DNA of 41,164 nucleotides from assembly GCA_043797665.1 (NCBI GenBank), contig JAZDPL010000007.1:1-41164 (forward strand), written 5' to 3'. Below the pieces are notes generated by a model, which was not told where the DNA came from, did no database searches, and saw only the letters and a list, made by a program, of their open reading frames with translations. This document shows positions 1-9,591 of this stretch, piece after piece (positions within the stretch are counted from its first letter, which is position 1; the number at the start of each line of letters is the position of its first letter). Source of the stretch: Candidatus Omnitrophota bacterium (GTDB lineage: Bacteria; Ratteibacteria; UBA8468; MWAK01). A program made the translations under genes and the position numbers.

Positions 1-2
1 CT

Positions 3-140
3 GATTTCATCTTTTTTCAGAACTGGAGACTGCAGATGGATAAGCAGCTTCTCGAGATGCGTACCGAGAAAGACAAAAAACCGTTTATCGACAACAACCC
101 GGACATCGAAATGTTTCTTCCGGAATTGCTTGAATTATGA
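3..140 (+). CDS. 3' end of an upstream CDS (partial, unknown product)
   Basis: Open frame from the window edge (DFIFFQNWRLQMDKQLLEMRTEKDKKPFIDNNPDIEMFLPELLEL*). Its TGA overlaps the ATG at 137 (ATGA coupling). Confidence 0.7.
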   Translation, partial: DFIFFQNWRLQMDKQLLEMRTEKDKKPFIDNNPDIEMFLPELLEL

Positions 141-3100
141 AAACAGTTTTCACGCAAGACTTCAGCACTGACCGGGAACACACCTATCCTTCAGGGTGGA
201 TGGTGGAGAACAACTGCGAACATCCCAATAAGTTGGGCTGGATTGAGGCTGGCAAGTTTTTCATCTTGAGCGACGGCAACAAGCATTTGCCGAGGATCGC
301 TCCGGTTCGAGATTTTGAAATAGAGTGGGTGTGCGGCAACGATCGTGTTTTTTCGCCGTTTCAACTGCTGGTTTTTTTCCGATACGACGTTGCCGAACGA
401 ACCGGGTACTGCCTGCGCTATGAATGGGGAATCCACGGCGGAAAAACCCATTGGCGGCAAGAGGAGACCGAGCGGTATACCGCCATACTTCATGAATATC
501 GCGGAAAGAACCGCCTCGGATGTTACCGGACAATCGCGCAAAACCACGTCGACGGATTCTGCTCAGATCTTGCCGCGCCGCAGCGGATGCGTCTGGAGGT
601 GGACGGCGAACGAATCGTTTTCCGGCACAACGGGCGGATGGTCGGCCGTTTCAACGATAGCGAACGACGATTCGACCGGCCGGGCCTAATCGGCTTTGAT
701 CGGGGAGAAACGATCGACAAACCCTTCTACAAGGCGCCTTTCTGGATCAGCCGTCTGGAGATCAAGGCGCCGGTCAATGATGAGCCTTCTGAAACCGTCA
801 TTCTGAAGAGGACATACGTTTTCCCGGCCGAGGTGAACGGAATGGTTTCGTCTTACGAGTATGCCGTCTCTGCCGCAAGACATCGTGCGGGCGTTACCGT
901 CAAGACCGCTCTAAGGGGCGGGCCTTCTCCGGACCCGATTCACCCGGATATTGACCGCATGCGCTTCAACGAGAAATTGACCTCGCCGTATATCCGGATT
1001 GAGGATGCGCAGGGAACCCAACTGGAAAAGATTTACCTTCGTCAGGGGACGGTCGGACTGGACCGGTTTCACTGGAACGATCTGGCTACGGCGATGTCTC
1101 CGGCCGATTTCCAATGTCCGATCGAACACGAGTGCATGGTGGAGAAACTACCTCCCGGTAGTTGGTTTTTCCTCGGATATGAGCACTATGAGGCGGAAAA
1201 CACGCTCTTTCAGTCCGGGGGCCCGTCTGAAATGGTAGTCAGCCCTGATGGCGAAATGATCTTTGCCGGTCCGGCGCTTACAAAAGGCTGCGTCCTGTTG
1301 ACGCTGAACTCGTCACCGGACAAACAAATTTGCTCACGCATACCGCCGGGTGTTTACAACTATCCTGATGCCAGGATTTTCGCGGGAAAGAACTTCTTTT
1401 ATTTCGCAGGGGAAACGATCGCTGGGGAAATTCTTGTACTGTGCCGCGACACAGGCATTTCACCGGAGGAATTCACCCTTTCTTGTTCGGTGGAAACCGC
1501 ATTTAAGGAACCAATGCAGCAGGAGTACCAGTTGCCGTTGCGTCCTGTCGCGGAACATCCATTGAACCGTCTCCCAGGAACGACTGTGCTGAGCGCAAAA
1601 CTGGAAATCCCGGGCGCATTACCGGTCGGTGTATATCATCTGTTGGCCGAGGTCAGAATCAACGGACATACTATCGCCGCGCAGCGCCGGACAATGGAAG
1701 TCATGCCGGTCGGCAAGGGTGAGCGATGCGCTCCCCTGCAATCCGGCCTGCCCGCGATCTATCACAATCTCCTGAGTGACATAGATGACGAGCATTTCAA
1801 TCCATGGAGCCGTTCGATATGTGATCGTGCCCACTACAACAGTTGCGGCAACAATTTCTTCAAGGTGGCGTTGGAGCGCCGTTCCTGGGAATTGTTCGAT
1901 GTTTACGGCCGGGATTGGATTTGTTTTCCCGGTTATATTATCCCCGGCGACGGTGCCGAGAAAGACTATCGCGAACTGGCGGAACACAGCGTACTGTTCT
2001 TCGCGGAGCGTACTCCCCGGAATGATTTGTGGTCACGTCCTCATTACCGGAGCCCGGCGGTTTTCGAAGCCCTGAAGGAGTTCACCCGGAGGGCGGAGTT
2101 CGCGCCGGCAGGCGCCGAACTCATCTCCCCGGAACGTCTTTCTTCCCGCCAAGAACCCGGCTTGACGGAGGAAGAATTTGCGGAATTGGCCGAGTATCAC
2201 TGGAAAAAATGGATCTCTTTTTTCACCGATATGTTCCACACGCGGATTTTGCCGGAAGAACATGCACGGCTCACGGCCATGAATTCCGGCTTGACCTACG
2301 CGGGCGGAGGCGCAACCTATCCGACCTACGCATCAGTGTACAAGTCAGGGTATTTCCCCTACTATTTCGGCCGCGACCTGCGGAGGAATATCGACAGGTA
2401 TCTTCCCGGTCCACACTATCTGGAGGACTATCCCTATTCATCCGGGTATGCCATCGCCCGGGGAATTTATCAGCTCGCTTCCTTGAAGCTGGAGAACTCA
2501 CGGCTGAAGATATGCCCGGAGGTGTTCGGACGGAACGGGGAGACGGCCGATTCGCATGTGGTCTATGCCAACCCGCCCTATGGACGATCGACACCTTCCT
2601 ATGATTTCATGGTGAAGCAGTTTTATGAGTATGCATATGCGGCGTGCTGGTTTGACCGGCGGGGTTTTCACTTTTGGAATGACCACGGTTTCCACGAGAA
2701 AACCTGGAGCCGGCAGGACTATGATGCCATGCTGTATGCGTATGCCTTCATTTCGAGAAACCGGCCGGTTAAACCTCTACGTTCCACCGCGTTTGTCTTC
2801 AGCCTGGCGTCATGTCTCGCGCATCCCGATTATTACGAGAAGAACGAAGAATTGTTTCTCGGAGGCTATGTGATGAACACCGCCGAGGAGTCGGTGGCGT
2901 TCGCCTATGAGCAGGCGAGAGCGGATGGACAAACAGCGGGATTTGTGATGAAGGCCGAAGATCTGGAGGCATTGGCGCCGGAAGACGTCGACATGCTGGT
3001 GCTGCCGCCGCTCATGGGTCTGGATGAAAAAGAATTGCGGGCGATACGGAAACTCCATGAATGCGGAGTGGCCTTGATGGGATTTGAGAATGTCGCCGGT

Positions 3101-3718
3101 CTTGAAGACCTGTTCGGGGTGAGAAAGACCTCCTCACGGGCGATACGCCGTATCTTTCCGTGCAGCGATACGATAATCCCGGAATTACGCGGTATGACAG
3201 AAACCACATCCCACGAACTCTGCCGGTCCTCCTATGACTGCACCACCGCGTTCTCCCTGCTGACGGGCGACGAGGGAGAACCTGTGCTGGTCATGAACGA
3301 AACCGTCTGGGGCAAGACCGCACTGTTTACCATTCCTCCGACAGTGGTGAAGCGTTCCTCCGCCAGAATCCCTTTGTATGGGCAGGAAAGCATCAGTACG
3401 CTAATCAACACCGCCACGGCCAAGACCATGTGCTTGCTTGGCAATCCCCAGGTCACCACTTCCGCCGGGAAGTGCATCGCTTTCCATGGTGGACAAGGCG
3501 GTGTGCACGTTATAGTCGAAGAGGATTCCTGGCCGCATCCCGGCGGGAAGATTCGTCCGCTGGTCACCGTCCGTCTGCCGGACAGTGATAGAAAAGAAGT
3601 CAGTTGCGACAAGGACTTTGCCGTGGTTTCCTCTTGTGAAGACGGAATCACGATTCGGATAATGGAATTGAAGGAACATGAGGCGGCGCGCCTATGGATT
3701 CACGAGCGAGAGAAATAA
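137..3718 (+). CDS. Large hypothetical protein (1193 aa), possibly carbohydrate-active
   Basis: Long GC-rich ORF. The C-terminal segment DMLVLPPLMGLDEKELRAIRKLHECGVALMGF resembles a GATase1-like/beta-galactosidase trimerisation domain. Function is a guess. Confidence 0.75.
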   Translation: MKTVFTQDFSTDREHTYPSGWMVENNCEHPNKLGWIEAGKFFILSDGNKHLPRIAPVRDFEIEWVCGNDRVFSPFQLLVFFRYDVAERTGYCLRYEWGIHGGKTHWRQEETERYTAILHEYRGKNRLGCYRTIAQNHVDGFCSDLAAPQRMRLEVDGERIVFRHNGRMVGRFNDSERRFDRPGLIGFDRGETIDKPFYKAPFWISRLEIKAPVNDEPSETVILKRTYVFPAEVNGMVSSYEYAVSAARHRAGVTVKTALRGGPSPDPIHPDIDRMRFNEKLTSPYIRIEDAQGTQLEKIYLRQGTVGLDRFHWNDLATAMSPADFQCPIEHECMVEKLPPGSWFFLGYEHYEAENTLFQSGGPSEMVVSPDGEMIFAGPALTKGCVLLTLNSSPDKQICSRIPPGVYNYPDARIFAGKNFFYFAGETIAGEILVLCRDTGISPEEFTLSCSVETAFKEPMQQEYQLPLRPVAEHPLNRLPGTTVLSAKLEIPGALPVGVYHLLAEVRINGHTIAAQRRTMEVMPVGKGERCAPLQSGLPAIYHNLLSDIDDEHFNPWSRSICDRAHYNSCGNNFFKVALERRSWELFDVYGRDWICFPGYIIPGDGAEKDYRELAEHSVLFFAERTPRNDLWSRPHYRSPAVFEALKEFTRRAEFAPAGAELISPERLSSRQEPGLTEEEFAELAEYHWKKWISFFTDMFHTRILPEEHARLTAMNSGLTYAGGGATYPTYASVYKSGYFPYYFGRDLRRNIDRYLPGPHYLEDYPYSSGYAIARGIYQLASLKLENSRLKICPEVFGRNGETADSHVVYANPPYGRSTPSYDFMVKQFYEYAYAACWFDRRGFHFWNDHGFHEKTWSRQDYDAMLYAYAFISRNRPVKPLRSTAFVFSLASCLAHPDYYEKNEELFLGGYVMNTAEESVAFAYEQARADGQTAGFVMKAEDLEALAPEDVDMLVLPPLMGLDEKELRAIRKLHECGVALMGFENVAGLEDLFGVRKTSSRAIRRIFPCSDTIIPELRGMTETTSHELCRSSYDCTTAFSLLTGDEGEPVLVMNETVWGKTALFTIPPTVVKRSSARIPLYGQESISTLINTATAKTMCLLGNPQVTTSAGKCIAFHGGQGGVHVIVEEDSWPHPGGKIRPLVTVRLPDSDRKEVSCDKDFAVVSSCEDGITIRIMELKEHEAARLWIHEREK

Positions 3719-3856
3719 GCGAAGACCTCATCCGGGAAGCAGTAATAAAAATATCAGTAAGGAAAATAATATGTCGGGGAGGTACCCCCTGGATTGGAAT
3801 AAGTAACCTTCAGAAATTTTCCAGTTGATTAAAAGATTAAATAAGGAACATATCCC

Positions 3857-5224
3857 ATGTCAAAAATTAATTATAAGTTAACAGGCGGATTGTCTGAGAA
3901 ACAACTCCATGATATCCATAAGGAAGCGTTACGGGTTATTGAGAATATTGGAATAGATATTCCCCATCAGAAAACAATAAAACTGTTATCGGGCATAAAA
4001 GGAGTAACTGTCAAAGGAACCAGGATATATTTCAAGGATTGGCTGGTTAATGAGTGTACCATAAGAAACCCTTATCAGCCGTCCGGGGATAATCAATTTA
4101 AGGTTTATACGGGCGTTTATTGTCTCAATATACTTGATTTGAACGGAAAAGTAAGACCGGCAACCACAAAAGACCTGGTTGAGATGGTCAAATTGGCGGA
4201 TAGTTTGGGAATGGGGGGAGAGGCACCGGTGGAACCTACTGATATCCCTCCAAAACTACGACAGGTATACATGGCAAAGACATGTTGGGAAAATAGCAGG
4301 GAAATCGCCGGAGGATATGTTTACGATACAGAAGCGGCAGAATATGTATATGAAATGGCAAGAATAGTTAATAAGCCTTTTTCTTTAGGAGGGACGGTCA
4401 TCATCAGTCCTTTAAAAGTAGACGCCGCAAGATTGGATTTGTTTTTTAATTTTCTGGATAGAGACGTACCTGCAAGTATGGGTAATATGCCACTTTTGGG
4501 GGTTACTGCTCCTATCTTTTATCCGGCTGCCTATATCCAGGGGATAGCAGAGATATTAGGGGGAATTACCCTGATCAAATTAATTTTCAAAGGTAAAGGC
4601 GGACCCGGAATTGTTAATGTTTATCCTTTTGACATGAAGTACCAGACCGTTGCCTTTGGTTCTCCCGAGAAACTTATTCTCATGCTTCTAAGTATGCAGA
4701 TTGCCAATTATTTTGGTTTTGATATCAGACCCAATGCCTTAATGTGTATGGCTAAAGAGCCGGACAGTCAGGCTTCTGCCGAAAAACTCGCCCAGGTAAT
4801 AGTAACCTCTTTGCATGGAGCGAGAACCTTTCGTTATGCCGGCACCCTTTCCCAGGACGAAATATTCTCTCCGGAGCAACTCGTCATAGATAAAGAAATC
4901 GTTGAATATGTCTCCCACTTTATAAAAGGATTTGATTTTGGACCGGAGAAAGATTTTGTGAAGATAATCGAAGAAGGAGTAAAAGAAATGACATTCCTTT
5001 CCCATCTCGCGACCTTGGAAAGATATAAAGAAGTTTACTGGATTCCCCGGCTTTTTGAACATGAATCTTTAGGGCAATGGAAACAAAAAGGAGGAAAAAG
5101 TATCAGAGAAAAAGCAAAAGAAATTACCAGGAAGAAAATTTCAGAACATCAGTTTCAATTACCCTCCAACATCCAAAAGGAACTGGACAGGATATATAGA
5201 AAGGCGGAAGAAAACCTGAGTTGA
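3857..5224 (+). CDS. Trimethylamine:corrinoid methyltransferase (MttB) superfamily protein, non-pyrrolysine
   Basis: N-terminal LSEKQLHDIHKEALRVIENIG, ISPLK, GVTAPI, GSPE, PDSQASAEK, FSPEQLVIDKEI and C-terminal W..KGGKSI.EKA are typical MttB-family motifs. No in-frame TAG. Confidence 0.85.
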   Translation: MSKINYKLTGGLSEKQLHDIHKEALRVIENIGIDIPHQKTIKLLSGIKGVTVKGTRIYFKDWLVNECTIRNPYQPSGDNQFKVYTGVYCLNILDLNGKVRPATTKDLVEMVKLADSLGMGGEAPVEPTDIPPKLRQVYMAKTCWENSREIAGGYVYDTEAAEYVYEMARIVNKPFSLGGTVIISPLKVDAARLDLFFNFLDRDVPASMGNMPLLGVTAPIFYPAAYIQGIAEILGGITLIKLIFKGKGGPGIVNVYPFDMKYQTVAFGSPEKLILMLLSMQIANYFGFDIRPNALMCMAKEPDSQASAEKLAQVIVTSLHGARTFRYAGTLSQDEIFSPEQLVIDKEIVEYVSHFIKGFDFGPEKDFVKIIEEGVKEMTFLSHLATLERYKEVYWIPRLFEHESLGQWKQKGGKSIREKAKEITRKKISEHQFQLPSNIQKELDRIYRKAEENLS

Positions 5225-5244
5225 GTTAAAACGGAGCTCAAAAA

Positions 5245-5673
5245 ATGGAGATACGAAAATTTGAATTGGGGGATTTGCAAAAAGTAATTGAACTTTCCAT
5301 AAAAGCCTACGAGAAAAAGGGTGAAAGAGAAATAAAGGAATTTGCGAAGGGTTTCACTGATTATACCTTAGGGAAATACCTCTCAGAACCGGAAGGGTTA
5401 TTCGTTGCGGAAGAGAATGACGAAATCATCGGAAACTGTTTCGGTCATATTGACGAAAAAGACAAAAAATTGGGCTGGCTCTGGTACATAGCAATTGCTT
5501 CCCATACCCAGGGAAAAGGGATAGGGAGCAAACTCTTGAACAGTCTCCTCCTTTATTTCAAGAGAAAAAGAGTCCGGAAAGTAAAATTAGGAACCGATAA
5601 AGTAAAATCGGTTCCTTTCTACCAAAAACACGGATTTAGAATTACTCGATGGGTATTTGAAAGGGAGATATAA
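5245..5673 (+). CDS. GNAT family N-acetyltransferase
   Basis: Acetyl-CoA motif A (IAIASHTQGKGIGSKLL) and FYQKHGF; RBS GGAG upstream. Confidence 0.9.
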   Translation: MEIRKFELGDLQKVIELSIKAYEKKGEREIKEFAKGFTDYTLGKYLSEPEGLFVAEENDEIIGNCFGHIDEKDKKLGWLWYIAIASHTQGKGIGSKLLNSLLLYFKRKRVRKVKLGTDKVKSVPFYQKHGFRITRWVFEREI

Positions 5674-5744
5674 TTTTACCTCTGCGGTCCTCCCGTACAA
5701 TTTTTTGACCCAATGATACTTTTAATGGTATATATATTAGCAAG

Positions 5745-6683
5745 GTGCAGAACTTTGAAAAGGTTAATCAGGAAATAAGGCGAAGGTTCCTGGGAACAAT
5801 TCCCAAAATTAACAAAGGAAAGAGGCTATGCCTCTCCTGGAGTAACTGGGGATTTGGCCAGGAGAAGATCCAGGTAAGTATACGGCGGTTGGCAAAATCC
5901 GGGATTCGGTTCCTGGAACTGCACGGGAACCGCTACGGTAAAGACTTAGGCTATGACGCCGATGAAGTGAAACGGATTGCCTCCGGTGAGGGAGTAGCGG
6001 TCGCGGGAATATGCGGTATGTTTTCCGCGGATAATGACCTTTCTTCCATCAGCGGTATCCGGAGGCAGAATGCCGTTGAGTACATTAAACGCAACCTTGA
6101 CCTGGGAGTTAAATCGGGTGCGGAATACTTTTTGGTCGTTCCGGGAGCGGTTGGCCGGTCCACACCCTATGATGCTTATGAATTTAGACGCTCGGTAGAT
6201 ACCCTCAGGAGAGTAGCCCACCTCTTTGTCCAGGCAGGCGTTAAGGCCGCAATTGAACCGATTCGTTCCGCAGAAGTAAGTTTCTGTCATACCTTTAAGG
6301 AAGCCAAAGAGTATATTGATGCGGTAAACCACCCCGGGGTACAGCACATCAACGGTGATATCTACCATATGCTGACCGAGGAAGACCATATCGCCAGGAC
6401 CATCCTTGATTACGGTAAATACTTGATTAACCTCCACATGGCTGATACCAACCGCCGGGCGTTAGGAAAAGGAATGATGGATTTGGATGCTATCCTTATG
6501 GTTCTCTATCTGATAGGGTATAACGAGAAAGGTCATTTCTGCACTCCGGAGCCTTTGGGTCCGGGCGGTGACCCTTATCCCGCCATGCATGGTGTTCAGA
6601 AAGCGTCTGTACTTGACCTTCTGGTGAAAGATACCGCTGGATACTTCCGCGCCCGGGAACAAAGAATCTTTGAAAAAGAATAA
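5745..6683 (+). CDS. Sugar phosphate isomerase/epimerase (xylose isomerase-like TIM barrel, D-psicose/tagatose 3-epimerase-like)
   Basis: Metal and catalytic motifs IEPIR, GDIYHM, LHMADTNR and C-terminal E (TPEPLG); GTG start. Confidence 0.85.
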   Translation: MQNFEKVNQEIRRRFLGTIPKINKGKRLCLSWSNWGFGQEKIQVSIRRLAKSGIRFLELHGNRYGKDLGYDADEVKRIASGEGVAVAGICGMFSADNDLSSISGIRRQNAVEYIKRNLDLGVKSGAEYFLVVPGAVGRSTPYDAYEFRRSVDTLRRVAHLFVQAGVKAAIEPIRSAEVSFCHTFKEAKEYIDAVNHPGVQHINGDIYHMLTEEDHIARTILDYGKYLINLHMADTNRRALGKGMMDLDAILMVLYLIGYNEKGHFCTPEPLGPGGDPYPAMHGVQKASVLDLLVKDTAGYFRAREQRIFEKE

Positions 6684-6700
6684 GCCGATATTTATATTTC

Positions 6701-6762
6701 TGTCATTCCTGCATGTTTTAAGCAGGAATCTGGATTCCCGTTTACTACACACGGGAATGACA
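6701..6762. repeat. TGTCATT(CC)-type palindromic doublet (RPE4-like) between convergent genes
   Basis: TGTCATTCCTGC-ATGTTTTAA-GCAGGAATC..GATTCCCGT-TTACTACAC-ACGGGAATGACA. Confidence 0.85.
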
Positions 6763-6769
6763 CGACGAT

Positions 6770-8488
6770 TTATTCCCCGAAGACCTGGCCGGAGAAGATG
6801 TAAATCTGACTGTCCTTTTCTTTCCAGGCGTTGGGAGGTAGCCCTGCTTTCTGGCAGGTGTGCTCCAGGAATTCCTGTCGGTTCCAGCCGTATTCGGTGG
6901 CAACCTGGGGCAGGAGAAGACCGGAAAGCCCTCCTTTAGAGATATATAGGCCGTGTCTCCCGACTTCAATCTCTTCAACCTGGTCAATCAGTTTTAACGG
7001 TGAGAGAACCGTGATTTCTATTTTGATTTCCTTCAGTTCTTTTGCCGAAACACGGGGGAAGCGATAGTCTTTGGTGGAGGCAGAAACCGCCATCTCGGTG
7101 ACCGCCTGATAAAGAGGCTCGACCGGCCTGATGTATCCGATGCATCCCCGCAATGAATCCTTCTTTTTGAGCGTCACAAAGACCCCGCGTCTTTCCGATA
7201 ATCGGCTGGACTTTGGTTCAAAATGCGGTGTCTTACCAGAAGCGATGTATTCTTCCAGGGTCTTCCGGGCAATCTGAAGCAACTCCTTCTGTTCATTCTT
7301 ATCCAGTTCGCCGCCATTCTTGGAGTTACCGGGTAACTTTGTAGGGGCTTGATTTATCAAGCCCGCGGGTCGGATGAATCCGACCCCTACGTTGGAGTTA
7401 GCGTAGGAGAAGGCGACGGAGCCGTATCCGACCACCCGGCCCTTGTCTCCGGTTACGTCTCCCGAATTGGCATATTTTAAGGTCTTAACCTCACTGTCAA
7501 GGTTCTGGGCTAAGAGCAAAAGCGCGATGACCGGTGAAGCCCCGCACAGTTCGGCCTTCCCGGAGTTTAAGTCCGGAATTAAATCGTTAGGGTCAATCTT
7601 TTCGATGGACTTGAGGACTAAACGGTCCATCTGGACTGCTTTTTCGTAAGGATGATAGTGGGACATGTCGGAGGAGGCGATGACCAGAACATCGCCGGCT
7701 CTCTTCCGGAGGATACCGACCAGAGCGTCGGTAAAGGACTGATATTCGTTTCCTTTCAAACCCCCGAACATTATCGGCACAATCTTAAAGTTTTTGAGAG
7801 TCTTTTGCAGAAATGGTATCTGAACTTCTAAGGAGTGTTCGTTTTCAAAGACAGGCGGGTCAGGCTTGACAAAAGCGCATTTTTCCGTAATTATTTTAGC
7901 GGTTTCGGCATCTACCGGTACATTTCCTAAAGGGGTCTCCCAGGAACCGGAAGGGTAAATGGCGATGCCTTCAAAGAATGCCTGGTGGCTGGGTCCCAGG
8001 AGGATTACGGTATGGTAGTCCTTCCCTTTTACCTGGGCAAACCCATAGGCAGCTACTTTCCCTGAGTACTGGTAACCGGCGTGGGGCGAAATCAAACCGA
8101 AGATATTAGCTACCTTTGGACTGGCCGGCACTTCGGCTAAATATTTTTCAACCATAGTTTCCAGAACTTTTTTGTCGCCGGGATAGAACGCGCCGGCAAC
8201 CGCAGGTTTACGTATCCCACTCATTTCCCCTCCATAAAGGTGTAAAGTTAAAAATAAGAAAACTAAACAGGCGCGGAAAAGTCTTTCTGGCACGGGTTCC
8301 CTTTCCCTTGGAAAGGGGTTAGCGAGAGGTTTGGGTCCCTTTTCTGTTGTCATTCCCGCGTGCTGTAAGCGGGAATCCAGCTTGTCTCTGCATGCAATAA
8401 GCAGGGATAGATTCCTGCCTACTACATGCAGGAATGACATGGAGTTAGACTTTTCCGCGCCTCGCCCATGCCTTTTTACTGTGTCCAT
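6770..8488 (-). CDS. amrB: AmmeMemoRadiSam system protein B (MEMO1-like)-protein A (AMMECR1-like) fusion; start uncertain (ATG 8488 coupled to amrS, or GTG 8293)
   Basis: MEMO motifs RKPAVAGAFYP, SPHAGYQYSG, EHSLEVQIPFLQ, SSDMSHY, VVGYGS; AMMECR1 motifs GVFVTL, LRGCIG, DYRF, GLLLPQVA, KAGLP. Confidence 0.9.
   Translation of the reverse strand: MDTVKRHGRGAEKSNSMSFLHVVGRNLSLLIACRDKLDSRLQHAGMTTEKGPKPLANPFPREREPVPERLFRACLVFLFLTLHLYGGEMSGIRKPAVAGAFYPGDKKVLETMVEKYLAEVPASPKVANIFGLISPHAGYQYSGKVAAYGFAQVKGKDYHTVILLGPSHQAFFEGIAIYPSGSWETPLGNVPVDAETAKIITEKCAFVKPDPPVFENEHSLEVQIPFLQKTLKNFKIVPIMFGGLKGNEYQSFTDALVGILRKRAGDVLVIASSDMSHYHPYEKAVQMDRLVLKSIEKIDPNDLIPDLNSGKAELCGASPVIALLLLAQNLDSEVKTLKYANSGDVTGDKGRVVGYGSVAFSYANSNVGVGFIRPAGLINQAPTKLPGNSKNGGELDKNEQKELLQIARKTLEEYIASGKTPHFEPKSSRLSERRGVFVTLKKKDSLRGCIGYIRPVEPLYQAVTEMAVSASTKDYRFPRVSAKELKEIKIEITVLSPLKLIDQVEEIEVGRHGLYISKGGLSGLLLPQVATEYGWNRQEFLEHTCQKAGLPPNAWKEKDSQIYIFSGQVFGE
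7341..7390. repeat. GTAG-type REP doublet in-frame in the AmrB/AmrA linker
   Basis: GTAGGGGCTTGATTTATCAAGCCC-GC-GGGTCGGATGAATCCGACCCCTAC, read as VGVGFIRPAGLINQAPT on the minus strand. Confidence 0.9.
8269..8462. mobile_element. MITE-like element with 16-bp terminal inverted repeats containing nested palindromes
   Basis: AGGCGCGGAAAAGTCT (8269-8284) and AGACTTTTCCGCGCCT (8447-8462) are perfect inverted repeats. Inside lie a TGTCATT doublet (8348-8439) with a 27-nt insert (8381-8407) and a CCCTTTCC..GGAAAGGG hairpin (~8297-8330). Confidence 0.7.
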
Positions 8489-9591
8489 ACACCCGCTATC
8501 TCCTTTCCGCAAAATCCGCATTTCCCGTTCTTGATATAATTGTTGATAACGCTGTAGCCTACCCGTACCACCACCGCCTTTTTGCATTTCGGGCAATAAG
8601 TATTTTCCGCCGGATGGCCGGGAATATTTCCGATATAGACATAATGCAGTCCGGCCTTCAGCGCGATGTCCCGTGCTTTTTCCAACGTGGCTAACGGTGT
8701 GGGCGCGATGCCGGTCATTTTGTACATCGGTGAAAATCTGGAAAAGTGGAGCGGAACGTCAGAGCCCAGGTTGTTCTTTATCCACTGACACATCGCCTTG
8801 AGCATCTGGCTGTCATCGTTATAGCCGGGGATAACCAGGTTGGTAATTTCCAACCATACCCCTTCCTTCTTAAGCGTTTTGATTGTTTCCAGAACCGGTT
8901 CTAATTCTGCCTCGCAGACATCCTGATAGAATTTGGCACTGAACCCTTTCAGGTCAATATTGGCGGCATCCAGATACCGGCACAATTCCTTTAGCGGTGC
9001 CGGGCTGATGTACCCGTTGGAATGGTATACGTTGAGGATACCCTTCTGATGCGCAATCCTGGCGGTATCCAGCATATATTCGTAGAAGTTGGTCGGCTCC
9101 GTGTAGGTATAGGCGATGCTGGGGCAATTATTCTTCAGCGCCATCGCCACAACCTTTTCCGGCGCAAAAAAATAATTTTCCGTTTCCAAAGGAGACACCT
9201 GGGAAATCTGCCAGTTCTGGCAGAATTGGCATCTCAGGTTACAACCGGCGCTGGCAACGGAGAACGCCTGGGTTTTGGGAAGGAAATGGAAGAAGGGTTT
9301 CTTTTCAATCGGGTCGGTGTGAATGGCGCAGGGCAGGCTGTAACCAAGAGCGTATAGTTTTCCACCGATATTCTTTCTTGCCCGGCAGAACCCTGATTTA
9401 CCTTCAGGGATGACGCACCTTCTGGGACACAACTGGCACCACACCCCATCTTTGGGGTCGGATACACTCTGGTAATAGGACGCTTCTTTTTGAGAAATAT
9501 TCTTTTCCTGCGCCAGGAGGCCATTCCGGAACTGGCTGTTAACTCCGGCAAAAAATAAAGCAATGGCAGTAATCCAGCGTATGTATTTCAT
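8476..9591 (-). CDS. amrS: AmmeMemoRadiSam system radical SAM enzyme
   Basis: CQLCPRRC, DPIEKKPFFHF, radical SAM CxxxCxxC (CNLRCQFC), YTYTEP, NIDLKGF, PLHFSRF, C-terminal CPKC/CGFC; adjacent to amrB-amrA. Confidence 0.95.
   Translation of the reverse strand: MKYIRWITAIALFFAGVNSQFRNGLLAQEKNISQKEASYYQSVSDPKDGVWCQLCPRRCVIPEGKSGFCRARKNIGGKLYALGYSLPCAIHTDPIEKKPFFHFLPKTQAFSVASAGCNLRCQFCQNWQISQVSPLETENYFFAPEKVVAMALKNNCPSIAYTYTEPTNFYEYMLDTARIAHQKGILNVYHSNGYISPAPLKELCRYLDAANIDLKGFSAKFYQDVCEAELEPVLETIKTLKKEGVWLEITNLVIPGYNDDSQMLKAMCQWIKNNLGSDVPLHFSRFSPMYKMTGIAPTPLATLEKARDIALKAGLHYVYIGNIPGHPAENTYCPKCKKAVVVRVGYSVINNYIKNGKCGFCGKEIAGVWTQ

Noticed and set aside
3857..5224. Pyrrolysine recoding in MttB
   Set aside because: The ORF is full length without an internal TAG, and no pyl genes or tRNA-Pyl are seen.
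6701..6762. TGTCATT and GTAG hairpins as intrinsic terminators or riboswitches
   Set aside because: They lack U-tracts, occur in many contexts including coding regions, and match no riboswitch consensus I recognise.
8489..8596. Upstream extension of the 608-aa amrB ORF
   Set aside because: It overlaps the conserved amrS C-terminus by 120 nt; the coupled ATG at 8488 or a later start is more plausible.
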